Shown: piece by piece, positions 36,701 to 49,700 of the stretch
Numbering within the stretch: position 1 is the first letter of the stretch
Layout: each line of letters starts with the position of its first letter
From: Tubiluchus corallicola
Taxonomy: Eukaryota; Animalia; Priapulida
DNA length: 64,000 bases
Reading direction: 5' to 3'
Assembly (NCBI GenBank): GCA_030141605.1
Contig: JAQGDQ010000088.1
Coordinates: forward strand, 248,001 to 312,000
Program-made: the position numbers and the translations under genes
Notes under the pieces: generated by a model
Seen by the model: the letters and a program-made list of their open reading frames with translations, nothing else
Told to the model about the DNA's origin: nothing
Databases searched by the model: none

Positions 36701-39700
36701 TTTTGTCCTTATGTTGTCGACTGCATTTAACTTGGGGTGGCTGTAAATAAAAGTGCATATCAATCTAATTCAATAAATGCATAGTATTTTTCTTTAAAAT
36801 ACACATATATTCAACAAAATACATAAAATCAAATACAAAATTCTGCCTGGAAAGTATGCTTGTTTGGCAATTAAGTAAACAGTTTTGTACACAATCATCA
36901 AGAGCAACCTTCGTTCAGAAATTTATTCTGGAACCATGATAGTTACTAATTATAAAAACAACACCATTAGATGTTTCAGCTAAGAAAACCAAAGAAAACT
37001 TTAGTTATATAAAGCAATACTAGGTAGACTTGTTCATTCTGAAAAACTTCAAGATTTTTCTTATAGCCTTAAAAATTATATAATTAACAAAGAGAGAGAA
37101 ATTTCGTGATTGCATACAAGATTTGCATTTGTGAAGAGAGTGTGTATAAAAACAGAATGCATTAGTGGAAAGATAACTAATCACATTAATACCCAGCAAA
37201 AATGACGTACATAATGTAAGTGCATTTGTTATTAACAATCTGTGCGTGTTTTATCAGCTTCCCTACTAGACTATTTTACAGATTCAGCAAGCTTTTAGGA
37301 TTTCAATCACGTAAACACGGATTGCCAGCGTGAAAGCTTTCTCAGTCAAATCCCATCAGAGAAAAACAATGATAACCGCACAAAACTACTTTCTAGATGC
37401 GCTTTATCCAGTTATGAGTCCATTAAGAAAAGATGTTTATATGTAAGTGGCAGGTGCGAACATCAAAAGGCCTGAGCGGCTTACCTTTTATTAGCTACCT
37501 CTGATCTCACTGATGGCACCTGCTTTCTGCTCTTAGTTAACTACAATGTTTTTTAAGTCATTACAGTCTGTGAATTTGTCCAGTGTTTCAGTATAAAATG
37601 ACTTACAGAAGTCTAACACATTTAAGTAAATTTACGTAACAAAAAAGTCTGTTGTTTGCTAGAAGGTTTGCAAATACATGTATCTCTGGATTTTTATTAA
37701 AAAAATTCCTGGTGTCACATAACTTCCAAATCACAATTTTTTGTACAACATAAACTGAAGGCAAAATCCAACGTTCAATGACAGGGCCTACTTAATGTTG
37801 ATGATTGCAGCAAGACTGAAGCCTGTCTCACTATCAAGGATATCCCTTAAAGATGAGCGACAGTCAACAACCTGTGACCATGAACCACAAAAGTACCTTA
37901 GCCACATTTAGATGTACAGGGTCGTCCAGAAAAAACATTACTTGTAAATTTTTTCGTAAAAGAAAAATCACAAGGCAAAAAGGTATAAAAACTTGGCAAA
38001 ATAAAAATGAATATATGCATTTTATACACAAGAAAAAACTCAGGTGAGTTTTATGTTTCAATTTTACTGGGAAATAGAATTTCTCCATAAAAAAGAAAAG
38101 GAAATTTTTTCCAAAATTTACTGTTTTAGTGAAAAAGAAATGCAGCTTTTGTTATTTCTTTATCTACATAACTTAAAAAACTGTTCTATGTGTTTTCTTT
38201 CCATTTCCATCATTTTGTGAAGCCTAGATCAGAATTCGTCAATAACTAAATTAATCTGATTTTTAGCCCATTCTGAAGTTTAACTTTTTAAACTTTTTTC
38301 AGTTCAAAGACATCTTTAATTTGTTTTCTCACATGATATATCGCCAAAGTAACTTATCCCATAGGCTAAAATCCAAAGGATTTAAGTCACACTTGTTTCC
38401 TAAATAAGTAGATAAAGAAACATTAAAAGCTAAGTTTATTTTTCACTTGATGAAACAGTAAATTTTGTAAAAAGAAATCACTTTCTTTGTTAAGGAAATT
38501 TAATTTTAAACATCACATTTTTAAATAGGTACCGCAATAATGAAACACAAAACTTGCATATTTTCATGGTTTTTCTGTTAAATTTTTATGATTTTTTGAA
38601 TGATACGAAATTTCTTATAATCTATGCTCGAGAAAGAAATCGCATTATCCGAGCAACAAGTTCGTGCGATGTACTTGTACATTGTACATTGCGATGGATT
38701 TGTACATTGTACTACTCTTTCGGTTCAATTCTTACACGACTGCAGTATTATACAGTAATACAGTATAAATACTGCCATTTAATTTTACTGAGAATATCAA
38801 ATAAATCGACATACCCCACTAAGCGAATCTGTAATGTTGCTACAGTTGTTAGGAGACTCAATATATCGCCTACAGTTTTTGTCTCATCTACGGTAATACT
38901 GCTAAATGGCAACGGGTTCCAGTTCTTGATATGAATTGCACCTAAACACAGAAATTAGTATAAATATGATTAGAGTTCTTTGCACTTACTATACAAATTT
39001 TCACCTGGAAAAGTGGCTGCTAAAATGCTTGTTTAACTGCAATGAAAGTTCTTTAGCATGCAATAATATTAAAATCAACATTATGCTAAACACATCTTTA
39101 TTTTTGTTCTTGTAATTTTTACTTCTTTTCATAACTAAAACATGCACTGTTTGGCGTGTTTACACACTGCTATTCACATGAAGTCTCAAGATGAAAACAA
39201 AAACATGAATAAACACTTAGTTTAAAATAATTGAGCATTCTTATTAAAACTAAATCCTAAATCACTACTGTTCTAAAAGCACGGACAAGTTAGAATCGTT
39301 TACCAGCCACTTTTGACATCAAGCAAAACTCATAGCTGTATCATGGTTAACCAAAAAACTTGTTGCACGAATTTTGCTATCCAATGGAAGCCTGACTGTA
39401 TCCAACTTTCGTTAGCAACTTTAGAAATAACAGCTTTTATTTATGATAAAAATTCAATTAAAATTGCATGTACAACTACAAATGAACTAAAATTATTAGC
39501 AATTCTGCAGCACTTTGTTAACAAATTTCGACTATTAGCACCACAAAAAGTATCACTACCTTAAAGGGATGCTAAATTGTTTTCAAATGGTTTTTAGGAT
39601 TTAGAATTGAATACTGTTTCTTTTTTGTTCAATGATCTGCAAATTATTAGAACCAGTGCAATTAGTGTCCACAAACACAAATATGAGAGAAATTTTTTTT

Positions 39701-42700
39701 ATATTTCCGAACCTTTTGCACCAACAGCATCACAAGGCAAATAGCCCAACTTGTCTAAAGCGATATGAACAATGTCAGCAAACAACGTATTCACCGGGAT
39801 GATAGCATAACTATCCATCTCAACACTAGGTGACTTGACTACTCCTGATGACTGACATGCTGTAGACCTCTCTACAATGCAATGAACAGGAATGGATTTG
39901 ACTGGAAAAAAAATGCAAAATTTTATGAATTTAAGCAAGACTGAAGTAACTAATAAATCACAAAATATCAAAAAAAGTTAACACATCATTGAATCACCTC
40001 TTTCTACTTACCCCTACTCAGCATACAACTATTTTTCAGTCACCCCATAATTATTATATGCCATATTATAGTACAATGCAGATGTCTGATTTGCCTTACC
40101 ATTGGTGTTGGTTAACATAAGTTGATCCCTTAACTTTAATTAAAAAAATAATCTAAAAACGAACTACTAGAAACTGCTGCCGGGGTGGGTGGGTGGGGGG
40201 GGGCGGTTTAGATTTCATGTGCTATACAGTTTATCGAGCATGATAAGATACCTCAGTCTTTTAACTTTTAAGAAAATAATTAATTTTCGATGTTGAGCTC
40301 AATTGTCAAATATTACTCAGCATTATGAATACAGGCAAACTCAGCAATCTCAACTCCACAATTAAAAGAACAAGCTTCACAAAAAATCTGATGCCCTGTA
40401 TGAAAATAGGGCATTGTTTCACTACATTTTGGAATGTTTACCAAGGGCAGTGATTTTTATCTGGTCCATAATTTAACAGTAACGATTCTCCTCAATATTT
40501 TATGAATGTGAATATCTGCTGTGAGGTCTATGAGACTGTGAAGTTTTTAAATGAAAAGCAATGATTAAAAAAAAAGAAAATTGTGTTAAACATGCAGAAC
40601 AGTTTTGAACAAGTTTTCATCATTTCAAACAAATATTGCCATCCATGCTTTAAAACGCATATTTACAAGGCTCTAACTTGCAAAATAAAAATAAACTGTG
40701 CATTAATTAGTTTCAGTAAAATGCTAGTGGATTTGCTAATGAACTAATAAGATTAGTTTTCAATCTTCACTAATTAATTATCTTCTAAACTAATGCTGAT
40801 TATTTCTATTAATTCTAGGAAGTGCCAACGTGTGCCGCAAATTTTAATCAATTCGGGAGTGCAAACTGTAAAATGTAAATTTCAGTATAATAGTCACACT
40901 GATAATTTGCATTGACAGTGATGATTATAGCTGTGACAATGATATATTTGAGAAACACAAAAAAGTAGCAATAGATTTCATTTTTGATAAAAATTTTAAT
41001 CAGAAATTCTAGATACAACTTCCAACGAAAAAACATTCTTGAGATTATAAGTCGTACCTTTCTCAATGAGAATGTGACTGAACAAGGCAAGCAGCCTAAG
41101 TACAATGTACCATACTAAATTATCTCAATTTAAGCTTATCGATTAATGACAAAAAAGTAATCCGTAATATTCAGTTTTTGAAACCAAATGGTCGAGATTG
41201 AACCTGGATTTGAACTGGGACTTCTGGATTACAAATAAAAGCCATGACCACTAGACCACACAGCCCATTGTGAACATGGTAGGTTGTGAACATGATAACT
41301 ACACCTTAGTTCGATCCTTATAACTTGATAACCAAGCCAACATTTCCACTAACACTTAGATACAGGTTCAACATAGGTTCGTCTAGTACCAGTTTCTTTG
41401 GTGGGTGGTAAAATGGCATGATAAAAATGGGACAGAAAAAAATGGCACATGTTATTTTGATGCAATTGATTTTCATAATAAAACCAGAACGCACTCAGAA
41501 ACACACCTCTGTCAAAGTCAAACAATCCTAAACTTTTCCGTCTGATTCCTTTGATTAAAAAAATTTGACACAAAGATAAACAAGCAAAAATGTACATGTA
41601 CTATTATATAGACTAGCAAAAGACACACAAAATATTTGTTCAATAAATAAATTTATAATCACTAATGCATAAATGTTCCACATAGTGTTTATCTATCTTT
41701 TAACCTTCAATTTTGGCAATGGTACTAGACTGATAAAAACATACGTATGTGCATACCCAGTCACCTTATAAGGCTATACACATCAACAGGCAAAGGTTAT
41801 AGACAGCGCTACACAGTTTTACAGGCGAGAATTTCTCGAAATGGAACTGGAACTAACTTATAGTTCTTTGTCCAGGTGGATATAACAAAAAAAGTACTTT
41901 TTACTCCCTCTGTGACCTCCACAAAGAGTTTCAAGTATGTTTTTTCTCGAACGTATTGTTTGGTCAGTTTTACGAAAAAAGAACCAGCGAAAAGAATCCC
42001 ATTTTGGCACTTTTACTCGCCTTTCTTCACAAAGTTTCTTGCAAATCTGTTAAGTAGTTTTTGCATAATAGGCTTACTGCCATAACAGACAAATAACCAA
42101 ACAAATAAACAAACAGACAAACTGTGTTAAAGCATAACTTCCATACCAGAGGTAAAAGTAACTAAAATAATTATCTCCCACTGTAACCATAACCCTAAAC
42201 ATACTTTACTAAGTGTGCCATTTTTACCTATTTTTTCATTTGTGCCATTTTTCCTGTGCCATTTCTATCATGCCATTTCTACTATTTTTCCATTTGTGCC
42301 ATTTTTTCCTGCGCCACTTTTTCCTGTGTCATCATTTTACCCATTTTTCCATTTGTGGCCACGCTATCTTTACCATGCCATTTTTCCTAGGCCAATTGTA
42401 ACTGTGCAATTTTTACCTACGTTTCTTTAGTTGAACTTATTTACGTAGAGTATAAAAACTTTCTAAATGCATGTAAATTATTAATAACACCCTTTATAAA
42501 TAAGCTTTCCCACACCGTTATACTGATAACCCCATGAGAACACAGCGGAAGTATGGACAAATCTGTCTGGATAAATAACCTGCTCAAGCTTCCTTTATTT
42601 CATATATAATTTTTTGTAAGTGTAATTCCATCTGCTAAACCAGCTGGTCAAAAAAATTAGTTAATTACCGATTGCAAGCACTATCTCAAACTTTATAATT

Positions 42701-45700
42701 TTACTTAGATGAGCGCAGAATACACGTCAAAGTCATCTATCCCACAGTAAATGAGTCATCAGTTTGCCAGAGTAGTATGCTAAATCCACGGGGGATTAAG
42801 TCTCACGCAGAGGAGGATTAGGCAAGGGAAATCCTCCAGCAAACTAAAACCTAATCCTGCTCTTCAATGCTGCACTGTGCAAATTTTTCAGCTGTCTAGA
42901 AAGATGGGCTGCAGTTTTTCTTGATTCGCAAAAAGGATCAGTGCGAATGACAAGTTGAACTGAAAGGAGTTTAAACTAAGATGGATGCGAAGAAATTTCG
43001 ATTCTTAGCTTCGGCTTATGTACCAGAGTTGAGACACTAATCAAACATAACGTTAGGTTTCTGAAAACATACCCTCCTATTATTATTATTATTAATTAAG
43101 AATGCACAAACATTTCAATATAATTTCTAATAATTTATCTAGAATAACAATTTGAAACTCTGAATTACATCACACAAAAAGTTTTGTGAAGACAATAAAA
43201 CAAAGATTTTGGGTATATCACAGCGGTTAATTAAATGTTACTGTTATGTCGTAATACAGGTAGAAAAACAGTAAAAATGTTGTTCGTACAGTACTCATTA
43301 TATTACACTATGTGAAAAATAAAACTTAACCATTTAAAATTTTTTATTTAAAGTATGTTTATTTATCTTTACTTAATGTAAGATGCATAAATAGCCCGTT
43401 GAACTAGATAACTTAAAAGCCTAACGCATTTCTTTTGCTGAATAATGTGTTAACTTAACTTAACCACTTTTGAAATGTTCTTGCATCATTTTGCTGAATA
43501 TTCTTTCATCCTTGCGTGTATTAATTTAATATACATATATGAAGAAAATTGCATACTAATGGTTTACTTATGGCCTGTCAAAATTTTAAGAAATTTTTCT
43601 GTGAATATCACATTGAGTTTTCTTATGCCTTAGTGCCCAGACACCGACAAAGTTGTATACGACAGGTTTCACTAGTCGGGCAAAATCCATGGAAGATTTT
43701 GCACTTTTCCCGGACAGTGTAGCTTTACATTATAAGTCTGACAAAGAGGATTAGGTGGGAAATTGTAATCTTTTGTGAAAATACGTTTTTAATCTCATTT
43801 ATAGAACAATCTTTCACTGTGTGCAAGTCATCAATATAGATACTAGGTTTATCTTAAGGGCTTATACGCTACAGGAAACGATTATATGATTTTTATATTG
43901 TAACCCTGACAAATAATCACGCTCACTATACTTAACACATGTTTTACGAATTCAAAGTTTTTCTCTGTATTATACATACATGTACGTATTATATTAATCA
44001 AGAGCATGTATTCCTTCGAAGACCTAAAAGAAGTTGCTGCTCAGTCCATATTTCAAAAATTGATGAACAGAACCATCTCTTTTCGCTATAGCATAACAGA
44101 AACATTAAGAACTATAAAAAAGTTATTTCTGCTGCTGTTATTATCGTCGTCGGTATCACTGTCGCCACTGCTACAACAATCACCATTATTGCCAATTGTT
44201 GTTGTTATTGTTGCTGCCATTGTTAATGGTAATTGTTGTTGTTCTCGATGCAGTTATTGTTGATGAGTTTGTTTGTGCTGTTGTTGTTGTTGTTGCTGCT
44301 GCTACTGCTGCTGTGCTGTTGTTGTTGTTGGTGGTGGTGGTGTTGCTGTTGCTGTAGTTACAGTTACTGCTGCTGCTGTTACTCTTACTCTTGCAGTTGC
44401 TATCATCAGTGAACTCACCACCCTCTTTCTTCTTTGCCATCTCTACTGTCACCATCTTTGTCACTGTCAGTGTCACCGTTTTAATTTAAAGTACTTATTA
44501 TTATTGTTGTTGGTATTCATGGAGTTATTGTTGATTCTATTGCTGCGTTACAGTTGCATTTCAGCAGCATGTTATTGCTATTAGCCTGTTGCAGTTCTGC
44601 ATTTCTAAGTAAAGAGAATTCTTGATTGTGGAAACAAAATTTGGTTTTATTTACATGTATCATGCACTGACTGCACCTTAACACTTATTAAAAATAACAA
44701 AAGTAGAGAAATATCACAATCTTCTTACTCGAAGACGCATCTCATTTGTCTCATGGGTTCACATACGGATCAAATCTCTTTCCTTACCTTATTGTTTGTT
44801 ATCGAAAACTAAACCATGATTGCGAAAAACGCTGGTAAGTTTCCACGATGTTGGGAATTAGTGAAGGATTTCAACTGATAAAACACAAATCTGCTTAACC
44901 GTCAATACGTTTCTGCAGCTCGCAAAATGCCACATTGTGCAATAAGGCTTAGATGGTGATTTGCGCCAAAGAAAAGTTTAATATGTGATTATGGAAAACT
45001 TATTTCTTGTTCTCGAACAACAGGTAAACCCTAATGTGGCTGAATACTTACGTTATACAATAACAAATGACGTGCTGCTGTAAAAGTCAAATAGCTTGTA
45101 GAAGCCTATGTACGAAAACAGAGTAAAAGCTTAGCTGAAAGTTTGAGCTCCGGAACTAAATGATCTTACAGCAACCAATAAACTTAACTTACTAACTTAC
45201 TAAACTTAACTAACTTAGTTAAATAAACTTACAGAATTTGTTTGAACGTCGAGTAAATTCTAATGCGTAAAAAAGCTAAACTAAACTCAATAAATTTATA
45301 ATACTGTGTTTATCATTTAAAATGATAACTATATTTGCAACAACTTCTGCAGATGAAATTATAATGTGGAATTAAAAATATTGTTTAAGCCATGTACAAA
45401 GCTTACGGGCCTAATATTTTTTCCCTGGAACCAAACCCTGGAAGTAGTAAATAATATCTAATCATAAAATAATTTGTATTGTTCACTTTGCCATTAAATA
45501 ATTAAAGGGATACATATTTTAAAGTTTTCTTGGACCATTTGGTGTAAGTTTAAAAAAGAGGGTCTCATGGCTTTATATAGTTTAGGGCCTCTCCTAGTTT
45601 AAATCTGGCACTGAATCCGCTGCAATAAAATAATCGAAAAAAGGCATATCATTGAAGAAAACAAGGTCCACATGCACTCTCATCAAAATATATATAGCAC

Positions 45701-46569
45701 CAAATAAATAATATCTGCATCTGTTATTCAGTTAGCAAGAGTTTAGAAGCAAGAGCAAGTTAGAAACCCTGCAAATATTTCTTCTTTCATTGGGATAGTT
45801 CAGCAGGCCCTGGCAACTATGGATAAAAATTACACCACAAAGAAACGTTACTTGTTTTTCTGTCTTGACGCTCAAATAACTTGATGATATAGGTTTTGGC
45901 TCATTGCAAAGTTGATTTTTATGAAAAAATAATAAGCGTGATTTGCAAACAAGTTTTTATAACGGAAAGCAAAACTTTTCGAAAACTTATAAATACAAAG
46001 TAGGATTTATTTCTCATAGAGAAGGTAGGTAACGCATTCAAGTAATCTAGGATTAGCACACAAATAAAATGAGCTTACGCATAACGCTCTTATCCAACCT
46101 TGTCAATGAAAACGTAAGCTGAGAGCTTAAGCATCAAAATATAATCCCACCCCCTTAATGGAAAACTTGAGGTAAATATATCGCACCATTTTTATAAACA
46201 GGCAGCAGAAGTCATGAGAATTAGACTATTATCGTTACATGACACTATAAACAGGGTGTCTCAGAAGTCACTACACACTATTCATTTTCTATATGTTTTA
46301 ACAAGTAAAGCAAAATGTGTGAAATTGAAACAGACAGATAATTGAAATCCAGGGCAATTCTTTTAGTCAAATTGGACGAAAACCTGAAAAGTACTACTCT
46401 AGTAGCCATTGCTTTTTTTATAGTTTTGGAGACCAATACAATGCCAAATCGGGCAGAAATTATTGTCATTATTATTTATTTATTTAAAATTATACACAAA
46501 TGCAATCTTTACATATATACAATGTGGACACCTTTTGTTTGCAGCGTATTGTAAACGGGCGTTTAAAAT

Positions 46570-46606
<37 letters not shown>

Positions 46607-46678
46607 GAGGGAGGTTTTGAGAGAGAGAGGGAGAGAGGGAGAGAGGGAGAGAGAGAGAGAGAGAGAGAGGGGGGAGAG

Positions 46679-46737
<59 letters not shown>

Positions 46738-49700
46738 AAGAGAGAGGGGAGAGGGAGAGCGGAGAGAGAGAAAGCAAGACAGAGAGGGGAGAAAGAGAGA
46801 CCTTAAACAACCTAGAACTTTCTATCGGAAAGAAAGAAGTCCATTGACCAGCACAAGCAAGGCTGAGCACCAACTAGTACAAACACTGAACTTTCAGTAA
46901 ACAGAAAGCGGTTTGGGCCGGTCATGGTCGGTCAAATCCGAACACTGCAAAGTATCACGCAGTCAAACAGCGAGTTTTACGCAAACACCACCAGTACATG
47001 CTTTTCGGTACGAGTGCAAGTGTGAGTTTCAGATACTATAATCTATTTTGAATCGAAAGGAAGAAATTAACATGGAACACGTTATAAACTGTAATAGTCA
47101 TTCAAAAAAGAAAGGAATTCTAGAACGGCTAGAAGAAGGTCCAGTTATAGGTGATGGAGGATTTGTCTTTGCCTTAGAAAAAAGGGGTTACGTCAAGGCA
47201 GGACCATGGACTCCAGAAGCCACTGTAGAGCATCCTGAAGCTGTTCGTCAACTTCACAGAGAATTTCTAAGGGCAGGATCTGATGTTATGCAGACTTTTA
47301 CATTCTATGCAAGTGATGATAAGTTGGAGAACAGAGGTAACGTAGCCCTTTCGATGTATACAGGGGCAAGAATCAACCAAGCAGCTTGCGATATCGCAAG
47401 AGAAGTGGCAAACGAAGGTGGTTGCCTAGTGGCAGGTGGAGTTTCGCAGACACCTAGTTACCTTAGCGGTAAACCAAAAGAAGAATGCCAAGAAGAATAC
47501 CGAAAACAGATGAAAGTTTTTGTAAGTAATCACGTAGATTTTATTATCTGTGAGTATTTTGAACACGTGGAAGAAATAGAATGGGCAATTGAAGTGGCCA
47601 AAGAAACTGGACTTCCAGTGGCGGGAAATATGTGCATTGGTCCTGAAGGTGACCTTCACGGTGCCTCTTGTGAGGAGTGTGCGGTCCGCATGGCAAAAGC
47701 AGGTGCGGACATCATCGGAATCAACTGCCACTTTGATCCCCTCACCTGCGTGGAAGGTGTTAAACTGATGAAATGTGGTTTGGATGATGCAGGTCTGAAG
47801 CGGCATTTGATGGTACAACCGCTAGCATTTCATACTCCGGATTGCAATAGACAGGGCTTCATTGACTTACCAGAATTTCCGTTTGGCCTTGAACCTCGAA
47901 TGTGTACACGTTGGGACATGCAGAAATATGCGAGAGAAGCTTACAATGCAGGAATTATGTACATCGGTGGTTGTTGTGGGTTTGAACCATACCACATACG
48001 TGCCATTGCAGAAGAACTGGCAGAAGAACGAGGAATTCTACCTAAGGCTTCGGAAAAACATGATATGTGGGGTGAAGGGCTTCGTCTTCACACAAAACCA
48101 TGGGTAAGAGCAAGGGCTGATAAAGATTACTGGAAGAATCTTAGACCAGCGTCAGGCCGACCATATGCAGCGTCCATGTCAAAGCCAGACTGCTGGGGAG
48201 TTACAAAGGGAGACGAATGTTTAAAACAACACAAAGAAGCAACAACAGATGAAGAACTGAATTCCATCAAAGAATTTAAAAAATAATTTATATGGAACTT
48301 TTTTCTCTTTAAAAAACTGAACCACTCTTTAAATATATCAATAGCATGAATTTTCCTTTTCATCTAAATAAGAAAGAAATAAATAAGAGTGGGAATGCTC
48401 CACATTATAACAAAATAAATTTTCTATAATTAGCTGGTGCACGTAACAGCTTTTGCTAGATGTACCCTACATTTTGCAACTATTTTTATTATAAAAATTT
48501 TCTTGCAAAGTATTAGCAGGTTATCTTTGAGATTAATATAAACATTATAGCATCACGGACGTTCAAGGTCAAACTTAAGTTTATGTATGTTATCACTATT
48601 ATGCTACCAGCTTATTACCTGATAGTGCTGCCCGTACCAAAAGGTTTATTACCTGGGCCTGGAGATACCCAGGCACATAAATAACATTTATTTGCTATTT
48701 ATTTCTTTAGTTAGTTTTATATGTACATCACAAACACAAATAATAGTTGAAAACAAATTTTCATGCAAAAATTAAAATAAATAAATGTGGGTGAGGCTAA
48801 ACTGCATGTTTATAATTCTTAACCATGTGAGGGTCGTTGCAAAGATAAAAACCGTATCAAATGTATGTTGCAGCTTCAAATGCTAGGCATTTTTTGCGAC
48901 CGTTATTAGATACTGGCTTCAAGCCAAGAAGAATAGCTGCGTAGCTCATCAACGAAGGACGTATACACATCCAAATCGGCGATTTGACCACTGCAGCTAT
49001 TAGCTGAAATTTTGACTAGCAGTAACTTAACGACAACTGCAGAAAATCGCGCAAATGGCTTGTAACTGCAATAACTAGTAGGCCTATTACTTATTCTCAA
49101 CAAAAGATCATACATGCTGAATCTTAAACTTCAAAAAAAACGTGGCAAATCAGTAATTATTCAAGAAAAATACAAATTTTCACTAACTACACGCTCGTTA
49201 CTGCAACACAAATAACCAAATTGTTGTACACCAAAAACAACTGAATACGTAAGTAACTGTAGTAGCTTATACACTATTGCCAGAGCTTAAAAAAGCAGTA
49301 GCTGTCAAATCTGTAATCCAAACTTGGAAAACCACCTCGTATTAAAAATTATTCTTGATAATGTGCTCGATTCTAGTCCTGCCATAAGCACTAACATAAC
49401 AAGCAGATTCTAACATTTAGTGCTTGATTACAAGCTTGTGGTGTTTTTATGCAGCGTGAAGCAGCTAAGCGCAGTACGACAGATGAAGTGCGAAAAAACG
49501 GCCTTCTCGGTATTCGTCCATTCATTTACTAACCATACTCAATACTCATCATGGCTTAAGTTTCGTTACTAAACACAGCGATCGGCTCAGCTTTTCTTCT
49601 TGCTCAAATGAATAATGACTAGTAAACTGGATAAATATCCAGGATCAGCATTAGTATTTACAACGTCAGTATAAAAAACCTTTTAATTTAACTTAGTACT

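Noticed and set aside
41198-41266. Functional tRNA gene
   Set aside because: A and B boxes are present but the acceptor and anticodon stems do not pair; treated as a SINE or pseudogene.
42184-42200. TAACCC telomere-like motif (also ~63676)
   Set aside because: Only one or two units, not an array.
44006-44584. Poly-Cys/Asn/Thr ORFs
   Set aside because: Trinucleotide low-complexity DNA with no splice-supported exon and no domain.
47426-47818. 130-aa antisense ORF within BHMT
   Set aside because: A shadow ORF of the BHMT coding strand with no recognisable motif.
47048-48286. Bacterial horizontal transfer or contamination as the origin of the intronless BHMT
   Set aside because: The protein closely follows the animal BHMT sequence, has AATAAA signals and has no operon context. 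Phylogeny is still needed to exclude it formally.
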